A stretch of DNA of 64,000 nucleotides from the human T2T-CHM13v2.0 reference genome, Homo sapiens (GCF_009914755.1 NC_060935.1), one strand, 5' to 3'; counted from the first letter of the stretch, positions 1 through 14,100 are shown. Numbers and translations: made by a program. The notes: a model not told the origin generated them from the letters alone.

Positions 1-98
1 ATGGCCACACCATTGGGGTAAGAGGTGCAGGCAGGCAGAGGGGGTGTGGAAGGAGCAGGGACCAGTGGGTGGAGTGACACTGAGTCTCCCCACTGGGA

Positions 99-494
99 GG
101 CAAGCATTGCTCTTCAAGACCAGACCACAAGAATGGCAAGCATTGCTCTTCAACACCGGACCACAAGAATGGCAAGCATTGCTCTTCAACACCGGACCAC
201 AAGAATGGCAAGCATTGCTCTTCAACACCGGACCACAAGAATGGCAAGCATTGCTCTTCAACACCGGACCACAAGAATGGCAAGCATTGCTCTTCAACAC
301 CGGACCACAAGAATGGCAAGCATTGCTCTTCAACACCGGACCACAAGAATGGCAAGCATTGCTCTTCAACACCGGACCACAAGAATGGCAAGCATTGCTC
401 TTCAACACCGGACCACAAGAATGGCAAGCATTGCTCTTCAACACCGGACCACAAGAATGGCAAGCATTGCTCTTCAACACCGGACCACAAGAAT
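99..494. repeat. Minisatellite/VNTR, 36-bp unit x 11
   Basis: Unit ggcaagcattgctcttcaacaccggaccacaagaat. Copies 2-11 are identical; copy 1 has 2 substitutions. Confidence 0.98.
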
Positions 495-1035
495 GCTCTC
501 GTCCCTTGCTTCTTCTTCCCCCTTGACCTCATTGGCCTCTGGGACCTCCTAGCTTTTAACCAGACTGTTAATGCCTAGTACCTAGCAGGCAATCAATAAA
601 CACATGCTGATTGCAACTAGAGAATAATTTAATTCAATTATTCAGAAATTTATTGAATTTCTCTCTTCCAGATATTGTACTAGGTGCTAGAGATGAGATG
701 ATTTTCCTCTCTAGTTCTAGTCCAGAGAGAAAATTCACCCATAAACAATTTTTAAAAAGTACAATGTCTTAAGAGCTAGAATAGACCTAGACTATTGTTC
801 TATAAAAGTACACAGAAAGAAGTAACTCTTTTGGTTTACAACATCAGGAGAGCATATAAGAAGTGACCCGTGAGGATGTATTTACACAAGCCACATCTAT
901 TGACCATCTATGATGTGCCAGGTGTCATGTAAAGCATTAGGGAAAAAAAAGATGCAGAATCATTTTTGTTCTAAAGGGACTTACAGTTTAGTGGGAGAGA
1001 CAGACAAATGATAAGGCATTCAAGTCTAAGCACTT

Positions 1036-1514
1036 GTGGTGGATTGTAATGGTGTTTACAAACATTGGTTTCATCCTCTGTAGGAGTGCACATGCCCATT
1101 CTTGCCTTGCCTCCCTGAGAGAGGAGTGTGTTTTTCTGCCTCATTGATGTTGGGCTTGGCCATGTAGCTTTCTGTGGCCAGTTGAATGTGAGTATATGCA
1201 ACCTACCCATGTCCTATCAGAAGCTTTAAATTCTATGGCATTGTTCAACTCAGCCTCTTATGTTCCTGTATCATCTGCCATGAGAAAGGCATGTCTCAGA
1301 AGGGGGCTTCCCTTTAGGCTTGAGTCCTAGGAAAGGGGATACATGGAGAAGACCTGAACTTGACCCACAGCCTGAAGCAGAGATTCATCAGCCAGCCTAA
1401 TCTGCAAACATGCAACAAGGGTAACAAATGATATATATTCTTGTTTTCCCATAAACTGCTGGGACTTCGGGGTTGTTTGTTATGTAGTATATCCTAGTTA
1501 AATCTGCCCTAGTA
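1036..1514 (+). mobile_element. MaLR LTR, MLT1-type (old)
   Basis: tg start; MLT1-like motifs gggcttggccatgtagctttctgtggcca, ctgccatgagaa and ggggttgtttgttatgtag near the 3' end. Confidence 0.75.
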
Positions 1515-3460
1515 CTGTGGTATAATAGAAGTAAGCAGAGAATACGATGAGGAAACATTCAATAAGTTCAAAAGCAAGCCTTGAGCAATGGTCAGCAAAA
1601 ACTGCTTTGAAGAAGAGATGCATGTAAATTAAGTCCTGAGTAAAGAGAAGTTGGAAGGAGAGGAAAGATGATCAAAGAAGTGGGACACTCATACAGAGGC
1701 TCAAATATAATAGCTAGCATGATATATTCAAGACCATCTGGAAAATGAAGATTGATTATGAGCTTATGTATGTACAAGGGAGAGTGTGGAGGACAAGCTG
1801 GGGAACAGACTAGTGGGAGATAAGACTGGAGAGGTAAGAAAAACCATCTTATGAAAGACTTCTGGTACTATGCCAGCAGTTTGGACTTTATATTTTCAAC
1901 TATATTCATGGAAGCGATTTAGAAGAGGGGGTAGGGGAAGTAACTTGGCATTTGAAAGTGATCATTCTGGCTGCATTTGGAGGATTGGATAAGAAGAGAT
2001 AGAAAGCCTGAGACAAGGGAGGCAGGTAAGAAGGTGTTGTCATATAGATGAGAGAGACAGTGCAAACAGAGAGAAAAGGGTGCAGTCTGGAGATAGTCAG
2101 GGACCAGGATCTAGAAAACTTGGCAGATGATGAGAGGCAAGAGAGAGATGGGAAGGCAAGAGGACTTCTAGATTTCCGGAGGAGCAGTAAGTGGATGATG
2201 ATGCCGTCATCTCAGCTAGGGAAATTGTGTAGGGATTAGGATTAGGAGTGGGTGATGGGAGAAGAGAGTGAGTTCAGTTTGGGACACACAGTGCTGGTGC
2301 CCCTGAGGCATCTAAGTGGAGATATCCTTTAAATGCTGGATCTGAGTCTGGGGCTCAGGGGGAGATCTGGCAAGAGACAGAGACTTGGGAGTTGTTAGTA
2401 TAGGGATGTGAGAATGGGATTTTGTTTTGCGATTTTTAAAACATGATATGTTTAAATGGTATTAGAAAAGGCCTGGCAAAGAAAAGCAAAGTCGGAGAAG
2501 AGGAAAGAGGTGATATAATGAATGGAAGGAAGTCTCTGAGGAGGAAGAAATGTCATCTAGGGCATTGAGGAATGACAGTGGAGAGAGACCCTGGATCCCA
2601 CGGTGATGGGAATGGGAGGGGACACAGTGCAGGTGGCTGTGGGCACAGAGTTCTCAGAAGAGGGAGAAGAGCTTGACAAATGTTCATGTTATGTTCCTTT
2701 GGAGTCCCCACTCAGCACCTTATCAATGAAGCCTCTCTTTACCATCTATTTAAAATATTGATTTGCCCTTTCCCCGCCCCTTCTTCAATTTTCTCCATGA
2801 CAGCTTCGCTATCAGACATATTCTTTGGTAATGAACTTGATTATTTGTTTACTGTCTGTCCATTCCCAGTGGAATAGAAGCTTCACACGGGCAGGGATTT
2901 TTGTCTGTTGTGTTTACCACTATGTTCCTAGCAGCCTCTCACAGCCAGACGCATCCCGGGCTCATAGAAGGAACACGATAAATACCTGCTGAATGGATGA
3001 ATGAATGAATGAATGATGACTTCTATTTTTCCTCCAGTGAAATGGGAGGCAAAGTTGTCAGCTAACGGAGAAGAAGAGAGTATGACAATGGGGAAAAGAC
3101 ATATCTAAGGAAGGACAGACATATTGTCATGCAACATTAAGGCCCCAGGGGAAGGTAGAGGCCATGACATTGTTTATGAGTTGTGATTTTCTCCAAAGTC
3201 TCTCAGCAGTTCCCATATAGAAAGGGAGATGATAGTTGGATAGATCCAGGGTTGAAGCTTTTTCTGGGTCAATATAATGGAAAGAAAGAGGGCAAGAACA
3301 TTTTGGGAACTTGACAGGAGTAGGGTTGAAATGTTAGACCATGGAGTTTTGCCTAGATAGAGAAAGAAATAAGAACAGAAGGGAACTGACAGATTGGGAA
3401 GGAGGAAGGAGCAGCCTTCATGGTAACGAAATTGAGAATTCGAGGCACAGTGCATTGCAC
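1515..3460 (-). mobile_element. Degenerate L2 LINE (antisense), interrupted by a sense L2 3' end
   Basis: Purine-rich L2-antisense motifs: gagttcagtttgggacac, catctaagtggagatatcc, ggatctgagtctggggctcaggggg. Confidence 0.65.
2690..3015 (+). mobile_element. L2 3' end with (GAAT)n tail
   Basis: gggcagggatttttgtctgttgtgtttaccactatgttcctagc...aaatacctgctgaatggatgaatgaatgaatgaatga. Confidence 0.8.
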
Positions 3461-3589
3461 ATCCTAATGAATGGCGGCAGGCAAGGCATGCCCTGTGTGA
3501 GATGGAGCTGAATGAGCAGACTTGACAGGAGGTGCAATTAGTCTCAGCTGGGCAAGGGTCTTACATACCATGCTTAGGGATGGCTCTAT

Positions 3590-3860
3590 GGAAGGGGGTC
3601 TACATTTAGAATCAAGACCCAGGTTGAATTTAGACTCTGGAACTTACTAGTGTGTGATCTTTGATGAATTCTTCTCTCTAGGTCTCCATTTTCTTATTTT
3701 AAAACTAAGGATAATAATAACATTTTTCTCATGGAACATTTATGAGGATTGAAGGAGATAAGATATGCAAATTCAACTACTATATTTAAGGAAATACTTT
3801 AGATGGCACAGACAGTGCATATTGCCTGTATGGAATAAGTGTTCGATAAATATTGGTATT
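3590..3860 (+). mobile_element. MIR
   Basis: MIR core: acttactagtgtgtgatctttg...tgaggattgaaggagataa. Confidence 0.65.
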
Positions 3861-4109
3861 CTATTGTGTTGTTGGTTTGCCCATTTGTTTTTTGTTTTGA
3901 TAAGTCTTGATTTACACACATATATAGCTCTGGTGGTCATGTGGAAAACACATAGGTGGGAGAGATTGAGTTGCATGTGCAGAGAGGCTGGGAATGTCAC
4001 AGCCAAGATGGTTGTCTTGGCAGGAAACTGGAAGAAGTGAGAGGTTCATCTGACCTCTCTTTAACTTTTCTGTGTCTAAGGAATTGGGCATTAGGAAAGA
4101 TGAATTGGA

Positions 4110-4350
4110 TGCCTTATAGCTTATGTTTGAAAGACTGGTCAGATTCAAATCCTGACTCTTCCATTTATTGGATATATGAGCTGGATTAATTACATCATCT
4201 TTCAGTTTCATTTTTTCTCATATGCAAGCTAAGAAAGTAAAGTTCACCTCAGAAAGCTACTGTGAGGATAAAATGAAATTATGTATCCTAAGGGCATCTG
4301 ACAGAGGTCCCATCTGGCACTAAGCAAGTGCTCATTAAATGACAGTAGTG
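4110..4350 (+). mobile_element. MIR
   Basis: ttcaaatcctgactcttccatttatt...ctgtgaggataaaatga...ctggcactaagcaagtgctcattaaatg. Confidence 0.65.
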
Positions 4351-4459
4351 TTTATTGTTGATTTTGTAATTACTGGTGTCCATGAGGTTTCTGAGGTGGG
4401 GAAATCTCTGAGTTTTTTCCAACAGGTAAATAGTCATGACCTCTGTAGTTAGAAAATAA

Positions 4460-4720
4460 TACATGGTTAATATATTATTTAGGACAGGTGCTAATCTCCA
4501 CAACAAAGAGATATTAAATTACAGTGCTATCAACAAAATAGAAATGTATCCCTCTCTCATCTAACAGGCCCACAGGTAGTGGCACAGAACTAGTAGAGCA
4601 GCTCTGCCATGCTCGTGTGGCTTCTGCTTCTGAGTCCAAGGCAGCTGCTCCAGTTTATTCACCCCTAAAACTCACAGGGAGTTCCATTGCTACAAGAGGA
4701 AGATGGGTAATGGGTAGGAA
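4460..4720 (-). mobile_element. MLT1-type LTR fragment
   Basis: attacagtgctatcaacaaaatagaaatgtatccctctctcat...aaggcagctgctccag resembles an antisense MLT1 3' end. Confidence 0.45.
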
Positions 4721-4961
4721 AGAAAAGAGAACAAGGCACCCCTGGGAAAGGGAAACTGGGTAAGAAAATGGCAAAGGTACATTAATTTTAAGCAACTGGA
4801 AGACTTGGAAAATTCTTAGTAAGGTGAGGTTACCTTTTCATCCACCAGAGCTGAATCAGAGGTAGCCTGGTCCATGTAGCTGAATTACAGAGAGCCTCTG
4901 AGCCAAAGATCCAAGAAGGGGTTTATCATAGAAGCCTTATAGGTGGATAATCAGGTAGTCT

Positions 4962-5050
4962 CCAGGTAGGACCATCATCCCAGTTTGCCTAGGACTGCTT
5001 CAGTTGTATCAGTGAAATTTATCACTGTCAGTGATAGTTGGTCAACTTAT
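4962..5050. mobile_element. MER81-like hAT MITE (degenerate)
   Basis: gaccatcatcccagtttgcctaggactg...gatagttggtcaactta. Confidence 0.5.
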
Positions 5051-6328
5051 CTCAAGGATTCATTTGTGAAATTTCTTTCCAGTGATTCTTCAGTTACTGC
5101 TAAGTAGGAAAGACTTCCTTCCTCCTATCACCACAACAGCAAAACACACACACATACACTCTAACCCCAAACTTCCCTATTGGGTAAAAATGCTATGATC
5201 AATCTCTTCTGGAATGATAAGGCTCAAGGAAAAATATAATTTGTTCACTTTTTCCGGCATTCGTATGTACTAATCATATAGCAAGTACTATAACAGGCAC
5301 ACAAGGTAAAAGGACAAATGAGGCATGAACCCTGATTTCAAAATGTTCACAATCAGTTTTGGAAGAGAGATCAGGAAACTGATGATTGCAATAAAATTTG
5401 TAAGTGGTAAGTACCATGATGGGAAGAAGCCGGGGATCTGTAGAGATGCAAGGGCAGTATGTCTGGCTCAGCCTAAGGAAAGCAGGGCAGGTTTCCTGGA
5501 CATAGTCACCTTAAATTCTTACCTGAAGGAGGGTTATTAATTACTCAGGCAAAGTAGCTATTGGAAGGAGGATGGTGTGTAGGGAAAGGAAGTTGTGTAG
5601 GAAGAAGAGAGAAGGAAGCTATCCCAAGCAAAGGGGGCAACTGAATGCCTGAAACATAGATTAGGCAAGAACAGACTTCACAGTTGATACTTAAGAAGGA
5701 GTCATGTTGGTTGAATGACAACCCCACTTCTAAAATCTCCCTACACTGCCAACTCTCTCCTTGACCAGGGTGCTCTTGCTGTTAGAAGTGCACTGGGATC
5801 CTAGTAAGTCACTGAGAAGTGAGATGCTCCTTTTGAAGACTTCATCTTTAACCAGTGCTCAATATTTTGGAAAGCAGGTGAATGAAGTCAATCAGAGTCT
5901 AGAAATCTTCCAGGAATCCTGCGTCCATGTCCTCAGCATGTCCAGCCAGTGAAGATGCAAATGCATACCAGAAAACGGGGGCTCTCAAAATGCAAGTGAA
6001 GCACATAGGAACTCAGCCTTCTCCCCAGAAATACCTAATGCCAGCTGCGTATTTTTCTCTAATGGAGCTGTGTTGAGCTGGTGTAGGGTCCAGGAAAGTT
6101 ATGAAGTTAGAGGATCTTCCCATGTTTTCCATGAGTAACACAAAGTATTGACTAAAACAATTTGTTAATAAAATTACACATTGCTATGATCAAATCCAAT
6201 CAAAATCTTAATTGATATTTATATTAACATTTGCCAGAACTCAAATTGAGTGAGCTTCTCCTCCTGGAACCAGGTCCTGCCCTAGTCCAGGCCTCATGTT
6301 ATTCATCTCTTTTATCCTGGCTGCATAC

Positions 6329-6632
6329 TTTTTTTTTTTTTTTTTTTTTTTTTTTGAGATGGAGTCTTGTTCTGTTGCTCAGGCTGGAGTGCAATGGCAT
6401 GATCTTGCCTCACTGCAACGTCTGCCTCCCTGGTTCAAGCAATTCTCCTGCCTCAGCCTCCTGAGGAGCTCGTATTACAGGCGCACACCACACCTGGCTA
6501 ATTTTTGTATTTTTAGCAGAGACAAGGTTTCACCATGTTGGCCAGGCTGGTCTCAAACTTCCGACGTCGTGATCCACCCGCCTCGGCCTCCCAAAGTGCC
6601 GGGATTATAGGCGTGAACCACTGCGCCCGGCC
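6329..6632 (-). mobile_element. AluS (Sg-like), full length
   Basis: Poly-T 6329-6355, antisense Alu body ending cgcccggcc, flanking ctggctgcat repeat (TSD). Confidence 0.95.
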
Positions 6633-7715
6633 TCTGGCTGCATTATTAGCAACACCAACAGGTACTTCTGGGATGCAATTCTTGGCCCTGGTCAAAAAGA
6701 AACCCTTTGGAAGGTGTGTCTTTTCTTTTCAGGTAAGTCTCCTTTACCAGCTGTCACAACCTCAGACTCTTCGCTGAATAAGGAAGAAAAGAGTGGGGTT
6801 TGCCTTTCCCTCTCAGTCAGCCAGGAGGGCAACACCTTTGCTAGGAGAAAGGATCTTACCTGAACCTGCCCTGACTTCTGCATCTTCAGCTGGATTCCTC
6901 TCTGCCTTTAATGGGATGAGGGTTGGGAGACACTCTTCAGAAGGAAAATTGAAATTGGTTCCAATGGCAGATCACTAAACCTCTACACCTTAGGCAAGGC
7001 TGAAGGTGTGTTTTGAAGATCAGACCAGGTTACATTTTGTAGAGGCAAAATGTCTTTGCTGGAAGGATTTCTGCTTTCCTGTTCTGGGAGCAAATGAACA
7101 TCTCTGTCTCCAAGACCTCCTGGGGGTCCTTTTTTCTCTAGGGAAATAAAAACCCATCTTTTCTGTTCAGTCTCCCTCCATAAGGCAACTCTCACTCCTC
7201 AGCCAGCAAGATGCATTGGCAGTGATGGATACACCCCAATTCTCACACACAGCCCAACAGAGTTGGAGAGTGAGAGGGCACGAGGAATGATGAAGAACAC
7301 ATCTGGAAGGCGTTGTGGAGTGAAGACTGGAGGCATTCCCTCGCCTGCACTTATGAAGAATTCATGGGTATTCTTGCTGCAGCCACTTCATTTATGTGGA
7401 TCTCTCACAAAAGAGGCATGCATAATTGAATGGTCAAAACCAGTGCCTCCTGCAGGAGAGTGGAGGGACCTGCGTGCGGGCTGTCTGGTGCATGCATGCA
7501 GTGTCTGGTGCATGCATGCAGCTGTGCAGGATATGTTCTCTGACATCGTCTTCTGTGGCCATCGCATTGCTTTATGTTTAATGCCTCAAATGTGCCACAG
7601 TATTTGGTAGCGAGTACTGTGTATCTAAGTAGATGGATGCTGGACCGTCACTATGGGGTGGGTGATGCAGGGAAGACATGCACAGTCTCCTGGCTGGTTG
7701 GTGTAGAATTTCGAT

Positions 7716-7920
7716 TGCTCTTTTCTAACTGCAAGTCTTGCCACATTAATGGTCACAAAATTAACTTATTAAGCTACAGTCAGCATTTTTTTTAAAAGAA
7801 TAGGATAGAAAAGGATAAAAAATTTCAGCTTGGATACACACACACACACACACACACACCCCTCACAATGTATCCTGATATAAAACGTGAGTTGTGATAA
7901 AAACAACATGAAAGCCACTG
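7716..7920. mobile_element. hAT-Charlie-like fossil containing (CA)n at about 7838-7859
   Basis: cattaatggtcacaaaattaacttatt...cagcattttttt...gaaagccactg end. The CA repeat is seen directly. Confidence 0.4.
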
Positions 7921-8099
7921 ATATATATGTCTTTTAAGTCCCTCTTACACCTGAAATTCTGTCATAATCCTATGATGCTTCTACTTTGTGTTGAGCCTCA
8001 TGCAAGGCACTGTGGGATATGAACAGGTTTTAACATGTATTTCTAGTCTGGGGGCCTAATCCAGGGAAGCAAAAATCAGCTGATATGTCTAAGCTCCTC

Positions 8100-8250
8100 C
8101 CCTCCACCAGGCACATGGCTAGACTCTCATGTGTTATTTCTTTTAATCTCAGCAAAAATCCTGTGAAATATATATTGTTCTTTCTTATGTTCCAGGTGAG
8201 CAAACGGGTTGAGAAAGGCTAAGTCACTCCACTTAGGTCACATGGCGATC
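8100..8250 (-). mobile_element. MIR
   Basis: tttaatctcagcaaaaatcctgtgaaat...caggtgagcaaacgggttgagaaaggctaagtcact...aggtcacatgg. Confidence 0.6.
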
Positions 8251-10099
8251 ATGGAGCACAAGACATCACCTGAAATAACCAGGGATGATAGAATTTGGGA
8301 TCACAACTTCATTCCAAACGTTTGATACAGGCAATAATGGTAATAGAGAATGCATGGAAGAAGAGATCAATGTGAAATACTCTGTACAAGCAAACTGGTT
8401 GTCATGTTGTCCCCAGTTTCATAACCTTTGTTTAGGAAGCCAATTTTAGTTGAAGGGACAGAAATATATAAGTTCAGATCAATTCAAAAAACACTGACTG
8501 CATTCCATATACTGTGTTAGCAATTGGAGCACAGCAACATGTTTTAAACATCCCTGCCTTCAGGGAGCTTCACGTCTAGAGGAGGAGGTTGCAGAAGGGA
8601 GCATTAGAGTAGTATGCCCATCTCCATAGCTGAAAGCATTTCAGGGGGCTCAAGCAATTTCCTGGTACCTGGAACATATAGTTGTAAAGGAGTGGCCCAT
8701 GTAAAAACATTGTTTTTTCCCCAGTTGCCAAAGTTTCACTTAGCAGAGAAAGAGCAATTTACTGAATTGTATAGAATGACTGGAAGAGCGAGGTGCTTTT
8801 TCAGAGCAGCCAACAATATAGTCAGGGAGTTTCTCGGGCATGGGAAGGCCCTTATTCAGCAACTCTGAATAAAACCCAAGGTATATTTAAACGGCCAGAG
8901 TGTGGGCTTGGATAAGATTCATTCAGCCTGCTCTATGTTCAGAGCTGCCTGGGCATCGCTCCAAGGGCCCAATCATCTTTTGGATGTCTCATCGTTGCCT
9001 CTCAATCATGTGTGTCTTATTATTTCAAAATTCCATGTCAGGGCTAAACGACCTCCCTCGTGGTTTACTGGTACCCACCATCCGCTTTTCTCTAGCATTT
9101 CCTCGTCTCTATCAGAGCCAGCTCTTTTGCCCTGGATTTCCTTCTTTGTCCTCTTCTGTGTTCCCCTATTGGCTTTTTGCTAAAGCTCAGCAAAATGTCT
9201 CTTTGTCCATCTCCTCTTTTTCTCCCACTCATGTCATTCCCAATTCATGCCTCAAAGAGTGCCTGTAAGGCATCCGTTACACACAGAACACATGCCGACT
9301 TCCTCAAACACCTGCTGTCTCTCAAACTGAGCTCCTTTAGGAAGTTTTCCCTGACTCAAGATCAGAGAGACAAGATCTCACCTTATAGAAACATCCCCTT
9401 TATAAAACTACTTCTTAAAATGAATTCAGTGCAGCAGATACACAAGATCATTAGGAACGGCAGCTGCTTTAGCTTTGCGATGTGGCCTTAGAGCAGGTGT
9501 TTCCAATGGAGGAACCCCTTGTCTTTCTACTACATAATTGAGTGGTAGCTGGCATGCTGCGGAATTCAGCCAACAGAAGCAATGCGGGGATAGACCAATC
9601 CATTCACGCACAATTATTGGATTTCTTATGTTCTGGGGGATACCAAAGATTAAAACATAAACTGTGTCCTTTGGTAGGTTACACTGGATCTGGAAATGGG
9701 GATGCAGACATATTAGTAAAGGATCCTTGACAAAAGACAGAATCCTAAGTGGAAGGGCATGTATGATTCTGGGCTGCTATACCAGGCACCTTTATTAGTT
9801 TGTTTCTCTTCTCTCTCAGGCCCAACAGGCCCACAATCTTTCCAGGAATGATCAGACAACTCCTCAGCTCTTTGCTTCCCCTGCCCCCATGGTGCATCCC
9901 TGCATTTCACCTGTCCTGCCTTCCGAGCAGTCAGGAGATGGCTCCCTGAGGATGAATAAGAAAGGGAATTTCATCCTCCATGCATCGTGCTCAGTGCCAG
10001 GATGGGCATCCTGATGAGCCAGGATCTGGGAGCAAGTGCAAAGGGGATGAAATCATACAAAACTCAGTACTAAAAAAAAAAAAAAAAAAAAAAGGAAAA

Positions 10100-11190
<1,091 letters not shown>

Positions 11191-11229
11191 CGCTTGTCTG
11201 TTTTAATATTGGGGTGTTTCTGTGTGTGA

Positions 11230-11587
11230 CAATGCACTGCCTGGCAAGGGGAGCACTGTCAGTCCCTCAGGGATCACCTTCTGGGTGATCACCCCCTTGC
11301 CCAGGGTCACACCCTTCCCACATCTGACTATATTCAATGACTCATTGAGATGTAGGTGCCATGGCCTGGCCATCTCAGCCCCTGCAAGACAACTCTGTTG
11401 GGACAGTAGAACTCCAGAGATCCCCATGGGGTCTGCTTGGTGCTTTTGGGCCAGCTTCATAGCTCAACCTCTTTCCCTGGCCAATCCTACCTCTTTTCCC
11501 TTTTCTTCAGGTTTTGGTACCCTAACAAGCATCCTGCACCATTGCTCCATCTCAGAGCCGGCTTCCCAGAGCCTCTGCCCCGCAGCA
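11230..11587 (+). mobile_element. LTR16-like ERVL LTR
   Basis: 3' end catcctgcaccattgctccatctcagagccggcttcccagag and internal ccagggtcacacccttccc resemble LTR16. Confidence 0.65.
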
Positions 11588-12579
11588 GACTGTCTGCCTC
11601 TATAATCATCTTGCCTAACAGGACCTTTTACACTCTGGATACCAAGTGAATGCTGGCAGTGTAATGGGTGCCAAATTCATGGAAGCGAAACTCTTACCTT
11701 TTCTCCAACTTTGATGTCAGCCCTTTCCATTAGGTGGCAGAAGCTGAATCTTAGACACGACCATCATCAGCCCTTTCCTGGTCTGGGTCCAGGTTTGGGA
11801 GGGTCCTGGTGGCAGGATGTGGTGGATCCTCAGTCACTTTTTGTCCACATTGGCATTCCCTGGGGAACACTTATTCCCTCTGGATCTTGGTGCTGAAGTT
11901 AAAGCTGACTCAGCCCTTGCCCCACTTCAAGTTGACTTTACTTGCTACTTCAGTGCCATTACTGCATGTACTGGGATAACTTGGCTATTTTTATGCATGT
12001 CAGGCCTGGGGGAAATGTGTGAGAATGTGTCAAGTACATCCTCCAAGACACACCACCCCTCTTCTCTCCCGTAACACTGGGCTGAGGGGAAGGAGTGGAA
12101 ACACTGGTGGCTTGTTCCTCCCTGGGCTGCTCCACTTTGGAAAAGGGACATCGGATTCTTTGTTTTTTGAGTTTTCTGTCACTAACAAACCTTGCTACCC
12201 ATTGCCCCCTGCTGCCCCAACACACTGCCCCTGCAGAACCAGGCACAGTCCCTGGCCAGGGCTGGGGCAGAATCTCTTTCTCCTCAGCTCTTTATTTCCC
12301 TTTCATCTGCTCTTCTTCCTAAGCCAATAGAATCTTGACTGAGAATCAAGACAATCAAATCTTAACATTGAGGTGGCTCCAAACACATTTTTCCACATAG
12401 TTTATCTAGACTTCGTCCTAGTCTTTTGAAATTCAAAAACTGCGAATGGCCTCTTTGTTCTCTGTGTAATGCTGTGTCATCTCTTCTCTGAGGCGATGAA
12501 CATAGAATGCCTTGGCTGCTGCCAAGTGGGGAGGGGCGGTTGGTGGGGATGGGGGTGGGTGTAACAGGAAGTTAGAGAA

Positions 12580-13720
12580 AGATCAGTTATTACATCAAAA
12601 TATTATTCCACTGCACTGGTGTTTCTTTCACTTGTCTTTTAACTTTGTTTATGGAGTCTTTTGTCACGCAGACATTTATAATTTTTGTACAGCAAAACCT
12701 GTCAATCTTTTCTTTTATAAATTCTAGGTTTTGTATCTTTCTTAAGAAAGCCTTCCAGTATATAAATTAAAAATAAATTCTCTGATATTTTTCTCAAACA
12801 CTTTACAATTTTGCTCTTTACCTTATGCTCTTAAATGCATTTCAAATTAATTTTTTTGTACAAAATAAGAAATTAAGAGGCCTCTCTCTTTCTCTCTCTC
12901 CCCTACCCCTTTTAGATAGACAGCTACCATTTTTTAACACTCTTTATTTTATAGGCTATTTCCTAACTGATTTAAAATTCCATTTTCACTATCAACTAAA
13001 CTCTGATAGATGCACAACTCTTATTCTAGACTCTATATTCCAGAATTTCCCAGATCATAGTAAGGACGAGATAGTTGTATATTGCTCATTCAATTGGCTT
13101 CCATTCCTGTGTGCATTTTGTGAAATTGAATGTGATTCTAATGTCTAAAAATAATGTTTTCATGCAACATGGCTGCTAAATTCAACAAGGTACTTCATTT
13201 TTAATCCACTCAATATAAACCCAGTGAACTCTTCTAATTCTGGAGAAAAACAAATTGTCTATCCTGGACTCCTAAGAAATTGTAAAAGATAATTTTGACT
13301 GTACATAATTTTGTACATTATGAAACTCCATTGTATTCTTTTAATATACTGATAGATAAATTTTGAAATAAATTTGAAGATTATTGTACTCAGAGTTTCT
13401 GCCTCTTGAGTAAATATTGGCAGTTCTACATTCCTAAAGAAGCTTCTATTTTATATAGATTTTCAGAAGATTTGGTTTAAAGTTGTACCCAGCAATTCTC
13501 CTAATATTTAACATTTAATTCACGTCTTCTTTCTTATTTCTAAAGTTGCTTGGATAACACATTTCCTTTGATCTCACTGGCTTGAATTTTATGTATTTCA
13601 TTTTTTTCAAATAACTATATTTTACTTTTATTGATCAAGGTTTCTGTTTTGTTTCTGTTAGACCTTTCTTCTTTTCTGGCTATTCGTTATTTTCATTGAC
13701 TTTACTATTCATTTTCAAGT
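12580..13720 (-). mobile_element. Highly degenerate L1M (antisense)
   Basis: T-rich; acttgtcttttaactttgtttatggagtcttttgtc...tgtcaatcttttcttttata...cttaagaaagccttcc. Confidence 0.55.
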
Positions 13721-13729
13721 TTTCCTTAG

Positions 13730-14100
13730 AGCCAATGTTGGCCATTTGGCAAGTTCTGGCCAAGAAAACGTACCATTTTTATGTGTGAGGGAAACATTTG
13801 CTTTCCTGATAAAAGAGGATGGAGAAAAGCTGATAAATCCTTTCATATTCTGTTTCTTCCTGCTTGGACTATGGATGTAATGTCTGGAGAACCAGTTGAC
13901 ATCTTGAGAGATAAGGCAAAGACAAAGGGAATTGCAGCAACACTGGCAATGTTCTCATTTAGCCACTGAACCACTGAGCCAGTGACAGTCTGCTCAACTC
14001 CAGACTTCTGAGTGAAGAAAAACAACAATAACAACTAGTTCTCTTTGTTTAAGGCACTATATACATATATTTTGCTACTTGTGAAATACATATAACAAAA
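13730..14100 (+). mobile_element. MLT1-type LTR fragment
   Basis: tttgctttcctgataaaagagg...ggatgtaatgtctggag...ctccagacttct...ctttgtttaaggcact. Confidence 0.55.

Noticed and set aside
99-494. CRISPR-like 36-bp direct repeats
   Set aside because: Repeats are head-to-tail with no unique spacers, there are no cas genes, and the context is primate. The same applies to the 38-bp array at 50123-50359.
25-552. 175-aa and 160-aa repetitive ORFs (MASIALQHRTTR)n / (QEWQALLFNTGP)n
   Set aside because: Artefact of a stop-free 36-bp tandem unit. No splice, promoter or domain evidence.
6231-6777. ORFs with [15 protein letters not shown] / SPASAS-type peptides, here and at the other Alus
   Set aside because: Typical Alu translations, not genes.
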